40,958 nucleotides of DNA. It comes from Candidatus Thorarchaeota archaeon. Its GTDB lineage: Archaea; Asgardarchaeota; Thorarchaeia; Thorarchaeales; Thorarchaeaceae. The position numbers were made by a program, and so were the translations under genes. This document shows, in pieces, positions 37,245 through 40,958 of the stretch. Below the pieces are notes generated by a model that saw nothing but the letters and a program-made list of their open reading frames with translations, ran no database searches and was not told the DNA's origin. Numbering within the stretch: position 1 is the stretch's first letter; each line of letters starts with the position of its first letter. The stretch spans positions 1 to 40,958 of the forward strand of contig JAOUFI010000014.1 of the NCBI GenBank assembly GCA_029858305.1. The letters run 5' to 3'.

Positions 37245-37853
37245 CTATTCCTTCTCTCTCATATATACTGCAATTAGAGCTATACCACCCGCAATAAACA
37301 TTGAGAGTGGAACACCTGTTGCATAGATTCGTCCAGTTAGTTCAGGTTGGAATGATACTGCAAAGGTCACCAAGAAATATACTGAGCCCCCAGCCATAAA
37401 CAACATCAGAGCGGGTATGAGAGCTAACCAAGTTGCTTTTGGATTTGTATATGAAAAATAGCTCAGTATTATCATAAGCAATCCTGCAATGATTGGAAAT
37501 AGATAGATAACTCCGCCAGACAGCATAAACGCATCTATGAAAGTATTGAATCCCACTTCTGGAGGAACTCCCTCTAGTCGTGTCATCACTTGAAGAAAAT
37601 TACTCATGATTGCCAAAATTCCACTGAATATAAGCAGCGCTGCAGGCCAACGGTAGTTGAGGAGACCTAGACTTCTTCTTCGAAGTTGTTTTCGCAGTTC
37701 TTCAGCTTTCCTTTCTCTCTCTGACATCCTTTTTGATTCGATCTGACGTTCTCGTTGAGTGAGCCCATCTCTAACTTCATCCGGTCCTGCTTCTTCATCG
37801 ATTGCATCTATGAGCTCTCCAGCAATATCGGTGGATTCATTGTCTTCGTGCAT
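37245..37853 (-). CDS. hypothetical membrane protein with charged N-terminal helix
   Basis: An acidic then basic coiled-coil-like N-terminus followed by about 4 hydrophobic segments. Confidence 0.7.
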   Translation of the reverse strand: MHEDNESTDIAGELIDAIDEEAGPDEVRDGLTQRERQIESKRMSERERKAEELRKQLRRRSLGLLNYRWPAALLIFSGILAIMSNFLQVMTRLEGVPPEVGFNTFIDAFMLSGGVIYLFPIIAGLLMIILSYFSYTNPKATWLALIPALMLFMAGGSVYFLVTFAVSFQPELTGRIYATGVPLSMFIAGGIALIAVYMREKE

Positions 37854-37910
37854 TCTGGGTCCTGCTGAAAGATTCTCTCCTGCATATAAGCATCAGCATC
37901 TAAGAGACTT

Positions 37911-39803
37911 TCAGTCATGCACGCCTAAATGAGATTCAATCTTTCTTACTGTTGATTCGTTCATAATATCCTGAATCGCTGTTATAACATCTTCATTCTG
38001 TAAATGGTTGTTAATAGCTATCGGGTAGAATTTATTCTCATGTTCTTTTGAGAGTGTGCCCATTACTAAATCCTGTAATAGCTGATCATCACTAAAGTAG
38101 ATTTCATACACCATTGCATTTCCAAGATGTTCAAGGAACTGTCTAGATTCATTGAATTGCTGGTTGGTTGTTTCAGAATATAGTTGTGATATCATGTCAA
38201 ATAGAACGGCAAAGACATTAGAATTGATTGGCATCACGACAGGAAGGTCATTCATAATTCCTGTGTTGAGACAAGTTGTTAGCTGCGAGTAGTTGGTAAG
38301 ATATCTCTCACAAATATAGCGAATAAGACGCGAGTTGAGAATCAGACCTAGAGCTCTTATGTTGGCATTCTCGAAAAGTGGTGTTATCTTGACGATTCCA
38401 CCTCCGTGTATCATGCCCCGAGGTTTTATGACGCATCTTGGATATCTATAGTTCTTTGTTGCTACTAGTAGCTCGTTGTCAAATGATTCTCGCATTCGCT
38501 CATCGTGTGTGAACCAATCATCTGTATAGAATTGGTGCTGTACATTGATTTGATATCTTCTAACGCTTCTGCCGCTCGTTATGTAGGGTGTCTTGAAAAT
38601 ATTTGATTTTACTTCACGAACATGCTCCTTGGGAATATCCCTTCCTCGACTGGCAATGAGGAGATTACGTTTCCCTCTATTCAAGATTTTTTGATATACC
38701 GAATCATGATAGATTGAAAAGACTCGGCTTGATTTTAGGACATCCCACTCGACCCGATTTGATTGTTCATGTTCAGGTCTTCGAGACTCTACTTCGATGG
38801 GTGAAAATCGATTGCTTTTGGTGGCCTCGCAAAATATACTTACCATTTCGAGAGTAACACCATCAAATGGACTACCCTCATCAATAATCTTCCAAAGATG
38901 CATCTCATCTAACAAATAGTTACGAATTTTACTAAATTGGTGAACTCTGAGAATGCTGTTGGGTACAAGGAAGCCAAGCTGAGCTCCCTCTTTCATAACC
39001 ATTCTTGAACGCACAATAAAGTGAGCAGCACTATTCCAAGTACCTAGACGTCCGCCACCAACATTGAAAGGATATGTGTTTTGTATATGCCATCTTTCTC
39101 TGTCATTGAGTAGATTTCCATATGGAGGATTTCCTAGTATCACATCAAAGCCGGGATTGCTTCCCTGCATAATCTCCTTGAACTCGTCAAACCAATGGAA
39201 ATCATCAGTTTCAATTATATTCGAACCGTGATGCGATTCATGAAGTCTTGACCTAGTTAATGATTTCATCATTCCAGATTGATTAACCAATCCGACCAAA
39301 CTATTTCCAAACTTAATATTGGTAAGGTCTCGTTCTTTGAGAGCTTTTGAATCAATATCGTCCTGATAACTCCAAGCAATCAAGTTTCTCTTACATTCAG
39401 AAACAGCTTCGCTTGCTAGATCCACTCCATACAAAGAGGTATTGACAATATGAATTCGTCTTTGAAGTGGAGTCATACTGTCTCCTAAAGATTTCCTCAT
39501 TCTATTCAACCAATCTGCGGCCACGCAGAGGAACACGCCTGCCCCAACAGATGGATCCAAGACTCTGATTGTTTGAAGGTTTTTCAAAAGTTGTTTTTTG
39601 AGTGATTGGCTCAATTTATCAAGATTTGAAATATCGTTCTTACGTATTCGCCCCTGATTAATAATCCAGGCATCGAGTGTTTCTTCAGCGATTAGCTTAG
39701 CTAAATGTTGAGGTGTATAAAATGAGCCGATTTTTTTCTTTATCATTCTGGAATGTGCTGACTCACGATCAGCATTTTGAACTATGAATGTATCCCTTTT
39801 CAT
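37911..39803 (-). CDS. N6-adenine DNA methyltransferase (gamma class, Eco57I/TaqI-like) with C-terminal target recognition region
   Basis: 'GSFYTP', motif I 'VLDPSVGAGVFL', 'LYGVD', motif IV 'FDVILGNPPY' and 'ALGLILNS'. Confidence 0.9.
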   Translation of the reverse strand: MKRDTFIVQNADRESAHSRMIKKKIGSFYTPQHLAKLIAEETLDAWIINQGRIRKNDISNLDKLSQSLKKQLLKNLQTIRVLDPSVGAGVFLCVAADWLNRMRKSLGDSMTPLQRRIHIVNTSLYGVDLASEAVSECKRNLIAWSYQDDIDSKALKERDLTNIKFGNSLVGLVNQSGMMKSLTRSRLHESHHGSNIIETDDFHWFDEFKEIMQGSNPGFDVILGNPPYGNLLNDRERWHIQNTYPFNVGGGRLGTWNSAAHFIVRSRMVMKEGAQLGFLVPNSILRVHQFSKIRNYLLDEMHLWKIIDEGSPFDGVTLEMVSIFCEATKSNRFSPIEVESRRPEHEQSNRVEWDVLKSSRVFSIYHDSVYQKILNRGKRNLLIASRGRDIPKEHVREVKSNIFKTPYITSGRSVRRYQINVQHQFYTDDWFTHDERMRESFDNELLVATKNYRYPRCVIKPRGMIHGGGIVKITPLFENANIRALGLILNSRLIRYICERYLTNYSQLTTCLNTGIMNDLPVVMPINSNVFAVLFDMISQLYSETTNQQFNESRQFLEHLGNAMVYEIYFSDDQLLQDLVMGTLSKEHENKFYPIAINNHLQNEDVITAIQDIMNESTVRKIESHLGVHD

Positions 39804-39944
39804 CTAGCTATAGTTCCTTATCCAGATTGACCGTTAATAGTATCGCATGTTGCTCCATATAATAGAAACGGCTGAGGTTTATCCTCATATGAATCATAGC
39901 GCATATACCACCTCTTTTTTATGGGTCTGCTATTCTGAGGAAAT

Positions 39945-40958
39945 ATGCGTAAGCTGTGGATTATTTCAATTCTGTTTATTTTTGTATTCTCATTTCCAAA
40001 TGGAGTTTCATTCTCAGTGATGCAAAATGAACCACAGCTTGTTGATTCTATCTCCACATCGGAAAACCTTCAGAGAGTCTATGGGGTGAATCTCGCATCG
40101 GAAATTTATCGAGAGGTTTCTCAAGGAAATTATGAAGAGTATATTCAGGAGTTCTCTGAGATTGGTCCGCGTTATGTCATGACCTATGATGACAAACCGG
40201 GCAGCCCAAATGAACAGGCTCGCCTCTGGTTGGTCGACAAACTTGCGAATCTATCTAGTGGAAGACTAGAGATCGAACTTGTCGGTAACTATCAGAATAT
40301 TGTAGCTCGGCTTCCAGGATATTTGTCAGATGATTCCCTCCCTGTCTTCATAGTCAGTGCTCACTATGATACAGTAGCTAGTTGTCCCGGTGCTAATGAT
40401 GATGGGAGTGGTATTGCGACTGTCTTAGAGCTTGCACGCGTGATGTCACATTATGAGTGGCCTCTGGATATCTACTTTATAGCGTTCAATGGAGACCACG
40501 CTCTTGGAGGCATTCAGGGAGGAAAAGAAGTTGCTAATGCATTTCAGCAGGCAGAAATCAAGATTATGGCAATGTACAATATTGATACTGTACTCTATGT
40601 GAGTAGATATGCTCCTCGTAATGAACGAGTTCTTCTTGCACACGGTTCAGGAGATGAATCAGTCTATCATTTGGGTCAGTATTGGGCTGAACTAGCAAAG
40701 ACCCTATCAAATTTCTATGGTCGAGATGCTGTAGGAGTAGTTGCATCAAACGAATTCTCATATTGGGAGTCTTCCGACCATTATGAGTTCTTTCAGAGAG
40801 GTTACAGAGGTGCTCTCTGTGCTTTCGAATCTGGAAACGCATATGATTCATTCTATCGTACTTACAATGATGTATATGATCGTGATGAATATCGTTATTA
40901 TATAGGTGCTGAAACTACAGCTTTTGTTGGAGCAAGCATGGCTTTCACAATGGGGCGT
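39945..40958 (+). CDS. secreted M28 peptidase-fold protein, truncated by the window end (absent from the ORF track)
   Basis: My translation from the ATG at 39945 stays open to the window end. It shows signal peptide MRKLWIISILFIFVFSF, 'NIVARLPG', 'VSAHYD', 'GANDDGSG', 'YNID' and 'SDH'. Confidence 0.88.
   Translation, partial: MRKLWIISILFIFVFSFPNGVSFSVMQNEPQLVDSISTSENLQRVYGVNLASEIYREVSQGNYEEYIQEFSEIGPRYVMTYDDKPGSPNEQARLWLVDKLANLSSGRLEIELVGNYQNIVARLPGYLSDDSLPVFIVSAHYDTVASCPGANDDGSGIATVLELARVMSHYEWPLDIYFIAFNGDHALGGIQGGKEVANAFQQAEIKIMAMYNIDTVLYVSRYAPRNERVLLAHGSGDESVYHLGQYWAELAKTLSNFYGRDAVGVVASNEFSYWESSDHYEFFQRGYRGALCAFESGNAYDSFYRTYNDVYDRDEYRYYIGAETTAFVGASMAFTMGR

Noticed and set aside
39818-40851. 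Three short minus-strand ORFs in the ORF track
   Set aside because: They are antisense shadows of the plus-strand M28-fold gene that starts at 39945.
1-40958. tRNA/rRNA genes, CRISPR arrays, IS elements, selenocysteine readthrough
   Set aside because: Intergenic gaps are short and showed no cloverleaf, repeat-spacer or transposase signal, and no gene appeared interrupted by an in-frame TGA. This was by eye only; covariance-model searches would be needed to be sure.

Overview
Gene-dense archaeal DNA, most likely from an Asgard archaeon (Thorarchaeia-like). The evidence is a gelsolin-domain protein, roadblock and longin-like proteins, a group II chaperonin, Rpo6, an Ard1-type acetyltransferase, an AK6-type kinase and GGAGG/GGTG-type ribosome-binding sites. 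About 37 CDSs are supported, two of them truncated by the window edges; the last one, an M28-fold protein, is missing from the ORF track. I saw no rRNA, tRNA, CRISPR array or transposase. The main blocks are: (i) a PadR-led redox operon (FixC/GGR-like, FixX, two FAD oxidoreductases flanking a CCG Fe-S protein, and a CrtC/AttH-like protein) with a clear palindromic operator; (ii) a gelsolin-roadblock-longin cluster; (iii) a thiamine ABC transporter divergent from a ThiR-like regulator; (iv) a surface protein with six Ig-like repeats; (v) an unassigned glycyl radical enzyme operon with its activase and a tandem split-barrel flavin-binding-type protein, preceded by two inverted repeats; (vi) housekeeping genes, including an Rpo6 fused to an N-terminal helix-hairpin-helix domain; (vii) an orphan adenine methyltransferase and an M28 protein with a remodelled active site. 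All calls come from reading motifs by eye; no database searches were run.
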